Part shown: positions 25,518 to 34,743 of the stretch, piece after piece
Numbering within the stretch: position 1 is the stretch's first letter
Layout of the letters: every line of letters starts with the position of its first letter
Virus record (IMG/VR): IMGVR_UViG_3300033067_000471
Coordinates: 1-38,089 of that record
Direction: 5' to 3' (one strand)
DNA: 38,089 bases
Source of the DNA: a virus
Lineage: Duplodnaviria; Caudoviricetes
Translations under genes and position numbers: made by a program
The notes under the pieces: generated by a model
Seen by the model: the letters and a program-made list of their open reading frames with translations, nothing else
The model's database searches: none
Told to the model about the DNA's origin: nothing

Positions 25518-26448
25518 CTTTCTCCCCTTTCACAAACACTCGAAAATCCCTAAATCCTTCCCGAGTATGAGCTGCAACTTCGACAGGTCCACGCATTCCA
25601 GCAGAGATAGAAAATCCTTCGCCTTTTACTTTTTCGTAAGTACCGATCAATGTTAATAGTTCAGCTTTGCAGGCTTTCTTTCTTGCTTGTGCTTTTTTCT
25701 CATCTTCAGAAGCTAGCTTATAAGATGATACTAGGTCTGCAATATTAGCTGATGGATCTTTCAATACAGTATTAGGCTCTGCATGATTATGCAAAGATGC
25801 TACAAACTCTGCATCTCTTTCAAAATCTATAGGAGGCGCTTCAGTCCGCGCCCAGAATTCTTCTACAGTAGACAAAATGGCATCTTGTACGCCTTTATTA
25901 GCTTTTCTATGCAATATTCTTAGGTCGTTGCCGCCGACTAGTACTGCCAAGTAAGCTTTTGATAGGCCGCTAACTAACATTTGTGTTTGAACTTGAAGCT
26001 CAATGTGGGGAGGGGCTTCGATGTCATCTTCCGAGTGTTCAATCCATTTATCGCGAAATTGTAAGTAGTCTACGTTTTTGATTTCGAGGAGGTTGCTAAG
26101 TCCATATGGTTCTTTTCTATTTGCATCATAATCTATGATTTGAAAGTCAAAACTACTACCAATTTTTAAGTTATCATGACAGAAATAATCTTTCATTGGC
26201 TGTATCTGCCAACCCATCTTCTTCGCCGCCATATTTGCAATAGCAGTTTCAAGACCTGATCCAATGAACATACGCTCATTTTCTTCGATCTCTACTATAG
26301 TTCCTTCTTTTTTCTGATGCCATAACTCAAAATCTGTTAAGTACGGATTAACTCCGAACAATGCAGATACTTCAGTAGAATTAATATTCTTACTCCGAAG
26401 CTCTAGCCAATGCTGTTTGTCTTTTGGGGTTGTTATTACTAACGCCAT
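25498..26448 (-). CDS. YqaJ-like (lambda-exonuclease family) recombination exonuclease
   Basis: WLELRSKNINSTEV.ALFG..PY, GSSFDF, LLEIKN and LQVQTQM motifs; same operon as recT; start set by AAGGAG spacing. Confidence 0.88.
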   Translation of the reverse strand: MALVITTPKDKQHWLELRSKNINSTEVSALFGVNPYLTDFELWHQKKEGTIVEIEENERMFIGSGLETAIANMAAKKMGWQIQPMKDYFCHDNLKIGSSFDFQIIDYDANRKEPYGLSNLLEIKNVDYLQFRDKWIEHSEDDIEAPPHIELQVQTQMLVSGLSKAYLAVLVGGNDLRILHRKANKGVQDAILSTVEEFWARTEAPPIDFERDAEFVASLHNHAEPNTVLKDPSANIADLVSSYKLASEDEKKAQARKKACKAELLTLIGTYEKVKGEGFSISAGMRGPVEVAAHTREGFRDFRVFVKGEKDATNSN

Positions 26449-26484
26449 TATCATTCTCTCCTTTAAATGTGCTTTGTGTTTCAT

Positions 26485-26513
26485 ATTCCACAACATGACT
26501 TTCGACTTGTCAA
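26485..26513 (-). promoter_or_regulatory. Promoter of the recombination operon
   Basis: TTGACA-17 nt-TGGAAT upstream of the RBS. Confidence 0.5.
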
Positions 26514-26573
26514 CTAGCTAGACCAAAGAATTATTTTTTGCCTAATTGTGTTGCTCTTGTCAGGATTGTTGTA

Positions 26574-27302
26574 ATGAGTAGAAACGCTAGCATTTTAGTA
26601 ATCAGCGATAATCAGCTACCTTACGAACATCAAGACGATATTTCATTTATAAAAGCAGTTGCAAAAAAATATGACATAGATCTATCAGGTAAAAAATCCA
26701 GAATCATACATATAGGTGATGAAGTTGATAACACAGCTATCAATGATTATGGGACAGATCCAGATATGGCTAACGATGGACAAGAATTAGAATTAGCCAT
26801 ATTAAAGTTTAAACAGTATCAAAGAATTATTCCAAAGATGGATATAATGTTATCCAATCATTTAGTTAGATATTATAAAAGAGCCAAGAAATCAGGATTT
26901 TCACAAAAAAGATTAAAAAGTTTGCATGATTTATATGGTGTAAAAAAATCATACGTTTGGCACAAGCGGCTAATTCTTGAATTGCCGAACACTGGCAAAT
27001 GGTTATTCCAACATGGACATCAAGGTGATGCTTTTAAAATAAGTCAGCTATTAGGATTTAGCGTTGTTTCAGGGCACACTCACACTAAGGCATACATTCA
27101 CGCATGGAAGACTCTATTATATAAGTTAGTTTTTGCATGTCAGACTGGTTGCTTGATAGATAACAAGTCAGGAGCATATGCTTACGACAAAGATAATAAG
27201 CAAGCGCCAGTTCATTCTTTATTAGTAATTATTAATGGAATCCCACACTTAGAATATATGTTAATGGATAAAAACCAGAGATGGATCGGTAAACTTATAT
27301 GA
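26574..27302 (+). CDS. Calcineurin-like metallophosphoesterase
   Basis: VISDNQ, IGDEVD, SNH, QHGH and GHTH motifs; start moved to ATG 26574. Confidence 0.85.
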   Translation: MSRNASILVISDNQLPYEHQDDISFIKAVAKKYDIDLSGKKSRIIHIGDEVDNTAINDYGTDPDMANDGQELELAILKFKQYQRIIPKMDIMLSNHLVRYYKRAKKSGFSQKRLKSLHDLYGVKKSYVWHKRLILELPNTGKWLFQHGHQGDAFKISQLLGFSVVSGHTHTKAYIHAWKTLLYKLVFACQTGCLIDNKSGAYAYDKDNKQAPVHSLLVIINGIPHLEYMLMDKNQRWIGKLI

Positions 27303-27550
27303 ACAACTACACAACAGAACTAATCAAGCTAGCTAAAAAATTAGACAGACCTTTAGAAGTTCAATATGCAGATGAGACGTTTAAGTATCTAGTATCTATT
27401 AACAATGTTGTATTTAAGGATAAACATTTACGTCAATCAATTCATGGAATAGGTTTCACAATTGAAGATGCTTGTTACGATTACATCAGAAAATGTCGTG
27501 GCGGCGAGTTAGATAATTATATGACTAATAAAGTTATAGAGGTTGTATGA
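27299..27550 (+). CDS. Hypothetical protein
   Basis: ATGA overlaps at both ends. Confidence 0.65.
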   Translation: MNNYTTELIKLAKKLDRPLEVQYADETFKYLVSINNVVFKDKHLRQSIHGIGFTIEDACYDYIRKCRGGELDNYMTNKVIEVV

Positions 27551-27894
27551 GAGAGCCAGTTTATTATTTTGAAGAGTTATTTATGCAGAACTATTGGTTT
27601 TTTAATGGTTGGAATCCAAAAGATGTAAAAAAATTAATGACAAAAAGATTTAAAGAAGACTTCGATGTAGAATTTTATGGCGATGGTAAGACTATATTAT
27701 ATAAGCATCCTAGCAGATCTCCTTTAATATTATTATGGTGTAGGCACAAAAATGATTATTCAGTTATTTCTCATGAAGCCGATCATGCTGCAAATTTTTG
27801 CTTAGACATGGTTGGAGTAAAAGCGAGTTTTAAAAACGATGAGACACACGCTTATTTAGTAGGCTTGTTAGTTAAAAAAATGATAAAAAAATAA
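27547..27894 (+). CDS. Small HExxH zincin-like protein
   Basis: ISHEADHAANFCLDMVG...DETHAYLVG. Confidence 0.65.
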   Translation: MREPVYYFEELFMQNYWFFNGWNPKDVKKLMTKRFKEDFDVEFYGDGKTILYKHPSRSPLILLWCRHKNDYSVISHEADHAANFCLDMVGVKASFKNDETHAYLVGLLVKKMIKK

Positions 27895-27918
27895 TTTTTG
27901 TAAAGTCCAGAACGAATG

Positions 27919-27947
27919 TTGACAAACTTTGGTCGCGCTGTTTTGAT
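27919..27947 (+). promoter_or_regulatory. Promoter of the replication operon
   Basis: Perfect TTGACA with only a weak -10; intergenic, before a GGGGAG RBS. Confidence 0.4.
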
Positions 27948-27974
27948 AAATAAAACACATCAAGGGGAGAAGAT

Positions 27975-28211
27975 ATGCACTTAAGTCCAAGCGAGTATTT
28001 AATTTTGTTAGCTGGTGGAATCAGACCATTAGCTAGATTAGTCGGTCGTGAAGCATCTAATGTTTACAAATGGAAAAAATACACTAATAAGTCTGGCGAA
28101 ACAGGCTGTGTTCCTCAACAATTACATAAAAAATTACTTTTAATAGCTAAAGAAAAATCTTGGGATCTAACTCTTGAAGATCTTTTAAACGGGAAAACTC
28201 TACAGAAATAG
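27975..28211 (+). CDS. Cro-like HTH regulator
   Basis: GGIRPLARLVGREASNVYKW...G.VP...LL..A...LT.EDL. Confidence 0.75.
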   Translation: MHLSPSEYLILLAGGIRPLARLVGREASNVYKWKKYTNKSGETGCVPQQLHKKLLLIAKEKSWDLTLEDLLNGKTLQK

Positions 28212-28220
28212 GAAGTTGTC

Positions 28221-29606
28221 GTGAAAGGAAGGCCGTATCAGTTAGAAATTATTTCTAATGTAAGATCTCTTATTCAAAAAAAAGAGAAGCGAGTTCTTAT
28301 TCAGCTCCCTACAGGTGGCGGTAAGACATTTATCGCTTCTGATATAATTAGATCAGCGCAAGCAAAAGGTACAAAGTGTTGGTTCATAGCTAATCGAGTT
28401 GAATTAATAGATCAAACTGGAAGAGCATTATATAAAGCTGGTGTTCCATTCGGCGTTGTAGCAGCAGGATATCAACCTGAGCGCAAAAAGTTAGTACAAG
28501 TTTGTTCAATCCAAACATTAGTTAGACGTTTACACCAAGTTGAAAAACCAGATCTAATCTTTTGGGATGAAGCTCGCGGAATAGCAGCTAAAACTTGGAC
28601 AGATGTTTTTAACAACTTCCCAAATGCTTACCACATAGGTTTAGATGCTACTCCAGAACGCGCTAGTGGCGAGCCATTGAACAAATATTTCAATCAAATG
28701 GTGCAAGGCCCATCAGTCAGAGAACTAATGGATATGGGCTTTTTATGTGATTACAGAATCATAGCTCAACCTACGGCAGACTTCTCAGACGTTAAAGTCA
28801 AGATGGGTGACTACTTAATTTCAGACTTAGATGCTCTTATGAACACTAAAAAGATCGTCGGAGATGCGGTTAAAGAATATCAAAAGTATGCTATGGGTAA
28901 AAGGAATTTAGTTTTCTGTAATTCAATAGCTCATAGCGAACACATGTGCCAACAATTCAACGAAGCTGGAATACGAGCTGAACATATTGATGGTAAGACA
29001 GATAAAAATGAAAGGTCAGCAGCTTTGAAGCGTTTTGAGCGAGGGGAAACGCTTGTATTAACATCGGTAAACTTGGTTACTGCTGGCCTTGATATTCCAT
29101 CTATCCAATGTGTTACTTTAGAGCGAGCCAGCAAGAGCGTGGCATTAGTTAAACAGATGATAGGTCGCGGGCTTAGACCTCATCCTTTAAAAGATAAACT
29201 TTTAATTTTTGACCATGTTAATGCTTGGCGCGATCATGGGTTGCCAGATGATCCTTATCCTTGGACGTTAGAAGGTAGAAAAAAAGATGATAAGCCAAAG
29301 GTTTTAGCTAATAGACAATGCGAAAAATGTTACGCAGCTTTTAAACCATTCATTCAAGTATGCCCTGAGTGTGGTCATGTATTAGCTGTAAAACATAGAG
29401 AGCAAGACTTTACTGGATCAGACGATGAATTAGTAGAATTAGATTTAAACGCAATTAGAAAAAAGAAATTAACAGAGCAAGGTATGTGTAAAACTCATGA
29501 TGAGTTAGTTGAATTAGGTCGTTCGCGTGGCATGAAAAACCCTCATGGTTGGGCGAAACACATATTAAATGCGAGACAGGCTAAGAAGAATGAGAGGGGA
29601 TTGTAG
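28221..29606 (+). CDS. Superfamily 2 (DExH-type) helicase with C-terminal zinc finger
   Basis: RPYQ, LPTGGGKT, DEAR, DATP, GLDIP, QMIGRGLR and CxxC..CxxC. Confidence 0.9.
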   Translation: MKGRPYQLEIISNVRSLIQKKEKRVLIQLPTGGGKTFIASDIIRSAQAKGTKCWFIANRVELIDQTGRALYKAGVPFGVVAAGYQPERKKLVQVCSIQTLVRRLHQVEKPDLIFWDEARGIAAKTWTDVFNNFPNAYHIGLDATPERASGEPLNKYFNQMVQGPSVRELMDMGFLCDYRIIAQPTADFSDVKVKMGDYLISDLDALMNTKKIVGDAVKEYQKYAMGKRNLVFCNSIAHSEHMCQQFNEAGIRAEHIDGKTDKNERSAALKRFERGETLVLTSVNLVTAGLDIPSIQCVTLERASKSVALVKQMIGRGLRPHPLKDKLLIFDHVNAWRDHGLPDDPYPWTLEGRKKDDKPKVLANRQCEKCYAAFKPFIQVCPECGHVLAVKHREQDFTGSDDELVELDLNAIRKKKLTEQGMCKTHDELVELGRSRGMKNPHGWAKHILNARQAKKNERGL

Positions 29607-30002
29607 ATGTCTGAAAAAAACCTAATAAACGAAGTCGGATTATATTTTACTTCTATTGGTGGCAGGATTTTCCGCAATAATATCGGACAAGCTTGGCAAG
29701 GCAGAGGAAAACCATTCAGAGCACAGATGCCAGTTTCAGTTAGACTTAACGCTGGAGATATAGTTTTAAGATCAGCAGTACCTATTAAGTATGGGTTATG
29801 TGTAGGTTCTGGAGATCAAATAGGTTGGAGACCTTTAAAAATAACTCAAGAAATGGTTGGAACTACTATTGCTCAGTTTGTTAGTATAGAATCTAAATAT
29901 GGTGGTACACTAACAACGCCTGAACAAATAACATGGAGAGATAATGTAAACAAAGCTGGAGGCTTCGCTCGAATCATACATTCGATTGAGGAGTTGAAGT
30001 GA
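29607..30002 (+). CDS. VRR-NUC domain nuclease
   Basis: FRNNIG, GLCVGSGDQIGW, IESK, EQ..W...V..AGG. Confidence 0.8.
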   Translation: MSEKNLINEVGLYFTSIGGRIFRNNIGQAWQGRGKPFRAQMPVSVRLNAGDIVLRSAVPIKYGLCVGSGDQIGWRPLKITQEMVGTTIAQFVSIESKYGGTLTTPEQITWRDNVNKAGGFARIIHSIEELK

Positions 30003-32167
30003 ACTTAGTAATCGACTTCGCATCAATAAGACAAGACTTGCTTAATCTTCAAGGATCAGTGCTGCCAGAATTATTACCATCGGGTAAACTTATCGGTGAG
30101 CATTGGGTTTGTGGCGACATTTATGGGGGCTCAGGAAATAGTTTTAAATTCAACACTTCTACTGGAAAATGGCGTGACTTTGCTCAAGAGGGCGTAAGTG
30201 GTGGAGATATTATAGCTTTGTTTGCTATGCAGAAAAATATCAACATGAAAGAAGCAGCTATACAACTAAAAGAAAAATACTTAGGAGTGGAAGTTGCTAA
30301 ATTTAATTATCCAGTTAAACCTAAAAAAGATCCGATAAGTGTTATAAAACCTCCTGTCACAGCAGCTAAACCTAAAATACCAAACAATTGTCAGTATTGG
30401 GAATACAGAGACCAATCTGGTGATCTTTGTTTTTATGTGGTTAAAGGCTTTAATGAAGATGGTAAAAAGTTTTTCTATCCTTTAACATTTAGTAATACAA
30501 ATGAGTGGGTTAAAAAGGGCTGGCCTGAACTAAAACCTCTTTATAATGTACAAAATTTAACTAATAAACCAGTTATGATAGTAGAAGGCGAGAAGTGCGC
30601 AGATGTATGTATTAAATTCTTTAATCAATATGACGTTGTTTCTTGGGCTGGTGGTGCTGGCGCATGGAAACAATCGGATTGGTCTATACTCAAAGATAAA
30701 AAAGTTCTTATTTGGCCTGATGCTGATGAGGTTGGGAATACAGTTGCTACTCAGTTAAGTCATTATTTGAGAGAAATATGTTCTCAGATTAAAGTTATAC
30801 ATACAGACAAAACAGATGGTTGGGACGCATATGATGCTATGGTTCACGAGAGTTGGAATTTTAGCAAATGGGCGTTGTGGGCCAAGCCTTTATTATCTCA
30901 GTGGGATAGACCAGTTGAAGTTCAAGTATTAGAGCCCGAACCACAAACAGTAGAGTCTAAAGAGATATCAACTGACGAGTTCCCAATTCAGCCCAACATG
31001 AAAATGCTTTTTGATAAGCTAGATTTACAGATTGGCCATAACGGACAAGTCGTAATGAATGCTTCAAATGTAGCTAAGATTCTTAAAAGCCAAATGGCTA
31101 ATCTTGTTTGGAGAGATACTTTTTACAATGCAAACATGACTAAGTGGCAAACAGGAGAAGATCGTATATGGTCAGATGAAGACACTAATAATTTATTTAT
31201 TAAAATGCAGATACATTACGGACTTGCAAAATTGACAAAGAATCACGTTGAAGATGCTATTAATTTTGTGGCAGCTCAAGATAAAAGAAATGAACCTAAA
31301 GATTGGGTTAATAGTTTAAAATGGGATGGAATTCATAGAGTTGATAATTTCTTTAGAGATGTTATGAAAGCAGTTGGCCCAGAGGACTATGTAAAATGCA
31401 CCAGTAAAAACTTTTGGATCTCATTAGTTGCTAGAATACTAGATGCTGGATGTCAAGTAGATGAAATGATAGTTTTAGAATCAAAAGAAGGAACTTATAA
31501 AACATCAGCATTATTAGCAATTGCTGGAAAATGGTACGGCAAAGCTGGAAAAGATTTAAAGAATAAAGATTTTGACCAAGGTTTAGTTGGTAAAATACTA
31601 GTAGACTTTTCAGAGTTATCATCATTAAAGAATTCTGACATCGAATTGGTTAAGGATATGATTACTTGCAGAGAAGATCAGTACCGACCATCTTATGGCA
31701 GGAGGACTGAGAAGTTTCCAAGAACTTGTGTATTGGCAGGGACAACTAATGAGTCCGATTATTTAAGGTCTATGACAGGAAATAGAAGATTTAATCCTCT
31801 ACCAGTAGGAAAAGTTGATTTAGCTTATATTAAAATGCACAGAGAACAACTTTTTGCAGAAGCTGCTTATAGATATAAAGCTGGTGAAACTTGGTGGGAG
31901 TATCCAGAGTCAGCAGAAAAGATAAGAGAGTCCAGAAGACAAGTAGATTCTTGGGAATCAATCATTGAAGATTCAGTTGGAAGAAGTCCTCTTAATACTA
32001 TATTTATGCAAACAAAAGACATTTGGATACATTGCTTTAATGGTGATATTGAAAAATTAGACAGAACGACACAATCCAGAATAGGAAAAATAATGAGAAA
32101 ATTGGGCTATGAAAACGTAACTACATCTTTAGGTGGAGTTTCAGTTAGAACATGGAGAAAATTATGA
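29999..32167 (+). CDS. Primase (TOPRIM) fused to VirE/VapE-type helicase
   Basis: GKWRDFA..GGDII N-terminus; VEGEKCAD, WAGG, WPDAD TOPRIM motifs; WDG..R, YRPSYGR, GTTN..YL...TGNRRF, QLFAEA VirE motifs. Confidence 0.9.
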   Translation: MNLVIDFASIRQDLLNLQGSVLPELLPSGKLIGEHWVCGDIYGGSGNSFKFNTSTGKWRDFAQEGVSGGDIIALFAMQKNINMKEAAIQLKEKYLGVEVAKFNYPVKPKKDPISVIKPPVTAAKPKIPNNCQYWEYRDQSGDLCFYVVKGFNEDGKKFFYPLTFSNTNEWVKKGWPELKPLYNVQNLTNKPVMIVEGEKCADVCIKFFNQYDVVSWAGGAGAWKQSDWSILKDKKVLIWPDADEVGNTVATQLSHYLREICSQIKVIHTDKTDGWDAYDAMVHESWNFSKWALWAKPLLSQWDRPVEVQVLEPEPQTVESKEISTDEFPIQPNMKMLFDKLDLQIGHNGQVVMNASNVAKILKSQMANLVWRDTFYNANMTKWQTGEDRIWSDEDTNNLFIKMQIHYGLAKLTKNHVEDAINFVAAQDKRNEPKDWVNSLKWDGIHRVDNFFRDVMKAVGPEDYVKCTSKNFWISLVARILDAGCQVDEMIVLESKEGTYKTSALLAIAGKWYGKAGKDLKNKDFDQGLVGKILVDFSELSSLKNSDIELVKDMITCREDQYRPSYGRRTEKFPRTCVLAGTTNESDYLRSMTGNRRFNPLPVGKVDLAYIKMHREQLFAEAAYRYKAGETWWEYPESAEKIRESRRQVDSWESIIEDSVGRSPLNTIFMQTKDIWIHCFNGDIEKLDRTTQSRIGKIMRKLGYENVTTSLGGVSVRTWRKL

Positions 32168-32355
32168 TTAAAAAAGAATATGGAAATTTATATTTCACTC
32201 TAAGAGATGGTGATTCGATAGTTGTTGGCGATGGATTAGTAGTAGTTAGGCAGTTGAAAAATAAAGAGTTACGTTTATTATTTAGATTCCCTAAAGAAAC
32301 AAAAATACAACGCGTAGTTTCAGAAAAGAAAGTTGTTGTAACTAATAAAAAATAA
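32164..32355 (+). CDS. CsrA/RsmA-like RNA-binding protein
   Basis: LYFTLRDGDSIVVGD.LVVV..LKNKELRL.F.FPKETKIQR aligns with CsrA LILTRRVGETLMIGD...VRIG..APKEVSVHR; GGAG RBS, ATGA overlap. Confidence 0.65.
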   Translation: MIKKEYGNLYFTLRDGDSIVVGDGLVVVRQLKNKELRLLFRFPKETKIQRVVSEKKVVVTNKK

Positions 32356-32380
32356 CTTAGCATACATACATGGAGAGAAT

Positions 32381-32698
32381 ATGAAGTCAGTTGCAGTCAC
32401 ACATGAACGCATACTTATAGATCGTCATAATAAAAAAATAGAACCTTACGAATATAAAAAGATAATCAGAAAAGAATTTTATTTTAACCCTGAAGATTGC
32501 GCTATGCACATACTTAAAGGTTTTATGTCTGTAGCAGATGGTGATTTTTGTTACCACTTAAGATTTATATTTCGTCAGGCTGCGGAAATTTTTGATAAGT
32601 TTTACAATAAAGAAATTACAACATTAGAAGCAAAACAACTAGCATTTGAACAAGGTCAGATGCTTTATTATAACAACTATGGAGAGAAATCACTATGA
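32381..32698 (+). CDS. Hypothetical protein
   Basis: GGAGAG RBS. Confidence 0.65.
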   Translation: MKSVAVTHERILIDRHNKKIEPYEYKKIIRKEFYFNPEDCAMHILKGFMSVADGDFCYHLRFIFRQAAEIFDKFYNKEITTLEAKQLAFEQGQMLYYNNYGEKSL

Positions 32699-32895
32699 AG
32701 ATGTCAATGTTTAACCCAGTAAAAGTTCGTACTTTGCAACAGATCCAAGCGATGAGACAAGAGTTAGGATTAGCTCCTATCGTAATGGGATTTCTAAATT
32801 GCTTTAAATGTGCTAAACACTTCTTTAGTGAAGACGTTAAAAATCAAAGATCATGCGATCATTGTCGCGGGAATGCTGATGGGGAAGCCAAATGA
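32695..32895 (+). CDS. Small zinc-finger protein
   Basis: CFKC...F.S....R.CDHC. Confidence 0.65.
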   Translation: MKMSMFNPVKVRTLQQIQAMRQELGLAPIVMGFLNCFKCAKHFFSEDVKNQRSCDHCRGNADGEAK

Positions 32896-33077
32896 AACTA
32901 ACCACAGTCCTAACACTACTAGCGTGTAGCTTGATAATAATCTCTTTCGAGATATGGCAGTACAGAGAAGCTAATACGAAAATGATAATCAAAAACTCAT
33001 ACATCGAAAACGGCAAAGTAATACATACAGATGTTTTTACGGCTAACTTGTCTGAACAATGTATTAAAAATAACTAA
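32892..33077 (+). CDS. Small membrane-anchored protein
   Basis: N-terminal hydrophobic segment LTTVLTLLACSLIIISF. Confidence 0.55.
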   Translation: MKLTTVLTLLACSLIIISFEIWQYREANTKMIIKNSYIENGKVIHTDVFTANLSEQCIKNN

Positions 33078-33095
33078 ACAACAAAGGAAGAAAAG

Positions 33096-34172
33096 ATGAT
33101 CGAAAAATTAACAAAAGAACAAGAGAAGAAAATAAAAGTTTACCTAAAAAATGGTGAGGCTATTGGTTATCGCACAAAAACTGTAGACAAGAAAAAAGCT
33201 ACTAAAGCGGTTAATTTCTTATACGAAAAAATAATGAAGCGAGATAAACCAAAATATATTATCTTTTTAGATTCGCCGATGGCTTGTAATCTGGCGTGTA
33301 ATTTAATTAAAGACACAAAGTTTGATAAAGAACAGTTATACTCGCAGTTAGACTCGCAGTTATACTCGCAGTTAGACTCGCAGTTATACTCGCAGTTATA
33401 CTCGCAGTTATACTCGCAGTTAGGCTCGCAGTTATACTCGCAGTTACGCTCGCAGTTAGACTCGCAGTTATACTCGCAGTTATGCTCGCAGTTATACTCG
33501 CAGTTAGACTCGCAAAACCTTGAATATTTTTACCCAGCGTCTAATAACTTATATTGGACTGGATACTATGAATTCTATAATTACATTTTAAATGAATTAT
33601 TGCCTAAAGAGAAAAAGAACTTTAAATTATTTCAAGAATATTTAGGACATTATAAAGAAATTCACATGAGTTATATGTTTCCTGAAATCGTTTTTATTTC
33701 AGACTTCCCTAAAGCTATACACACAAATGAAAGACATCAGCTACATAATTTTAATCAAGCTGCATTAGAATACAGAGATACTTATTCATTATACCGATCA
33801 AATAGTATTGAGATGAGTAAAGAGCAAATACTAACACCAGCTTATGAAATTACTAAAGAAATGTTTTTATCTGAAACAAATGTAGATAAACGCAGAGAAT
33901 TATCTCGAAAAATCGGTATTGAAAAAACAATCGAAATGCTAGGCGCAGAAGTTGTTGATACTTATAAATCTAAAGTCGGTGGATTGTATGAGCTTTTAAT
34001 GGTTGATTTTAACAACTCAGGAAACAAAAGACCTTATTTGAAAATGCCAAACCCATCAATGAAAGGTGTTTTTCATATTGAGGGTGTCTCAGCAAATGTA
34101 AAAACAGTTGAAGAAGCAATAATGTTTAGAAACGGATTAACAAAATTTATCGAGCCAGTGAGCTTGAGCTAA
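33096..34172 (+). CDS. DUF6745-like protein with internal QLxS repeats
   Basis: IEKLTKEQ N-terminus, LDSP.AC, repeat block, ISDFP..IH....LHN....ALEY.D.Y, ETNVD.RR, CP-equivalent MPNPS. Confidence 0.75.
   Translation: MIEKLTKEQEKKIKVYLKNGEAIGYRTKTVDKKKATKAVNFLYEKIMKRDKPKYIIFLDSPMACNLACNLIKDTKFDKEQLYSQLDSQLYSQLDSQLYSQLYSQLYSQLGSQLYSQLRSQLDSQLYSQLCSQLYSQLDSQNLEYFYPASNNLYWTGYYEFYNYILNELLPKEKKNFKLFQEYLGHYKEIHMSYMFPEIVFISDFPKAIHTNERHQLHNFNQAALEYRDTYSLYRSNSIEMSKEQILTPAYEITKEMFLSETNVDKRRELSRKIGIEKTIEMLGAEVVDTYKSKVGGLYELLMVDFNNSGNKRPYLKMPNPSMKGVFHIEGVSANVKTVEEAIMFRNGLTKFIEPVSLS
33333..33512 (+). repeat. 15 x 12-bp in-frame tandem repeat CAGTTA(NNC)TCG
   Basis: Variable codon order Y,D,Y,D,Y,Y,Y,G,Y,R,D,Y,C,Y,D; the other 10 positions are identical in all copies. 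Confidence 0.97.
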
Positions 34173-34181
34173 GGAGAATTT

Positions 34182-34541
34182 ATGAAGTATTATCAACAAG
34201 GTGACGTGATTTTAAAGCCAGTAGGAATTTTTGAAGCATCTTTAAAAGAATTTGCCTCAATTCCAAAGACAGCAAAACCAGTAAAAGGTAATTTAGTTTT
34301 AAAAGGAACTACTAACAGCCATGCGCTTTATGGTGGAAAGTTCCAATTATTAAAAGACAATGAAGTGTTATTCATTGATGTTAAAAAAGAAACTACTTTA
34401 GACCATGTTCAAGATCATAGAGTTGCAAAGCCAAAACACGCAGAACACCATGCTCAAAAGATCGCAGTAGGTCAGTATTTTTTAAGTCCTGTTATGGAGT
34501 ACGATCACGCCAAAGAAGAATCAAGAGTAGTAATAGATTAA
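34182..34541 (+). CDS. Partner of the DUF6745-like protein (QQGDV family), His-rich
   Basis: YQQGDV, GTTNSHAL, LDH...HAEHH, GQY, EYD; AAGGAG RBS. Confidence 0.7.
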   Translation: MKYYQQGDVILKPVGIFEASLKEFASIPKTAKPVKGNLVLKGTTNSHALYGGKFQLLKDNEVLFIDVKKETTLDHVQDHRVAKPKHAEHHAQKIAVGQYFLSPVMEYDHAKEESRVVID

Positions 34542-34572
34542 TCCCCCCACAGGGGAGCAAAGGAATGATGAG

Positions 34573-34743
34573 ATGAAAGAAGAAATACAAGAAATGTCAG
34601 TCAAATCAAAAGCTATCTTTAGAGAATTAGAAATCTTAGCCGTTAGTTTAAACGAGCTAGAGCAAACAGAAATTTGCGCCTCTATTGGTGGTTGGGAATT
34701 TCAATTAAAAAAGATTGCAGATATTAAGCCAGAGGTGAACTAA
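34573..34743 (+). CDS. Small hypothetical protein, 56 aa
   Basis: Below cutoff; MKEEIQEMSVKSK...KPEVN; TAATG overlap with next gene. Confidence 0.6.
   Translation: MKEEIQEMSVKSKAIFRELEILAVSLNELEQTEICASIGGWEFQLKKIADIKPEVN

Noticed and set aside
26538-26576. Third leaderless promoter before the metallophosphoesterase
   Set aside because: The putative -10 CAGGAT is weak and its AGGA could equally serve as a Shine-Dalgarno.
27910-27921. GAAC-N4-GTTG resembling a Gram-positive SOS box over a -35
   Set aside because: Imperfect single match, and the BPP-1-like gene set points to a Gram-negative host.
33333-33512. CRISPR array or classical DGR variable region
   Set aside because: Units are 12 bp, in frame and without spacers. 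I saw no reverse transcriptase, Avd or template repeat in the window, and adenines in CAG and TTA never vary.
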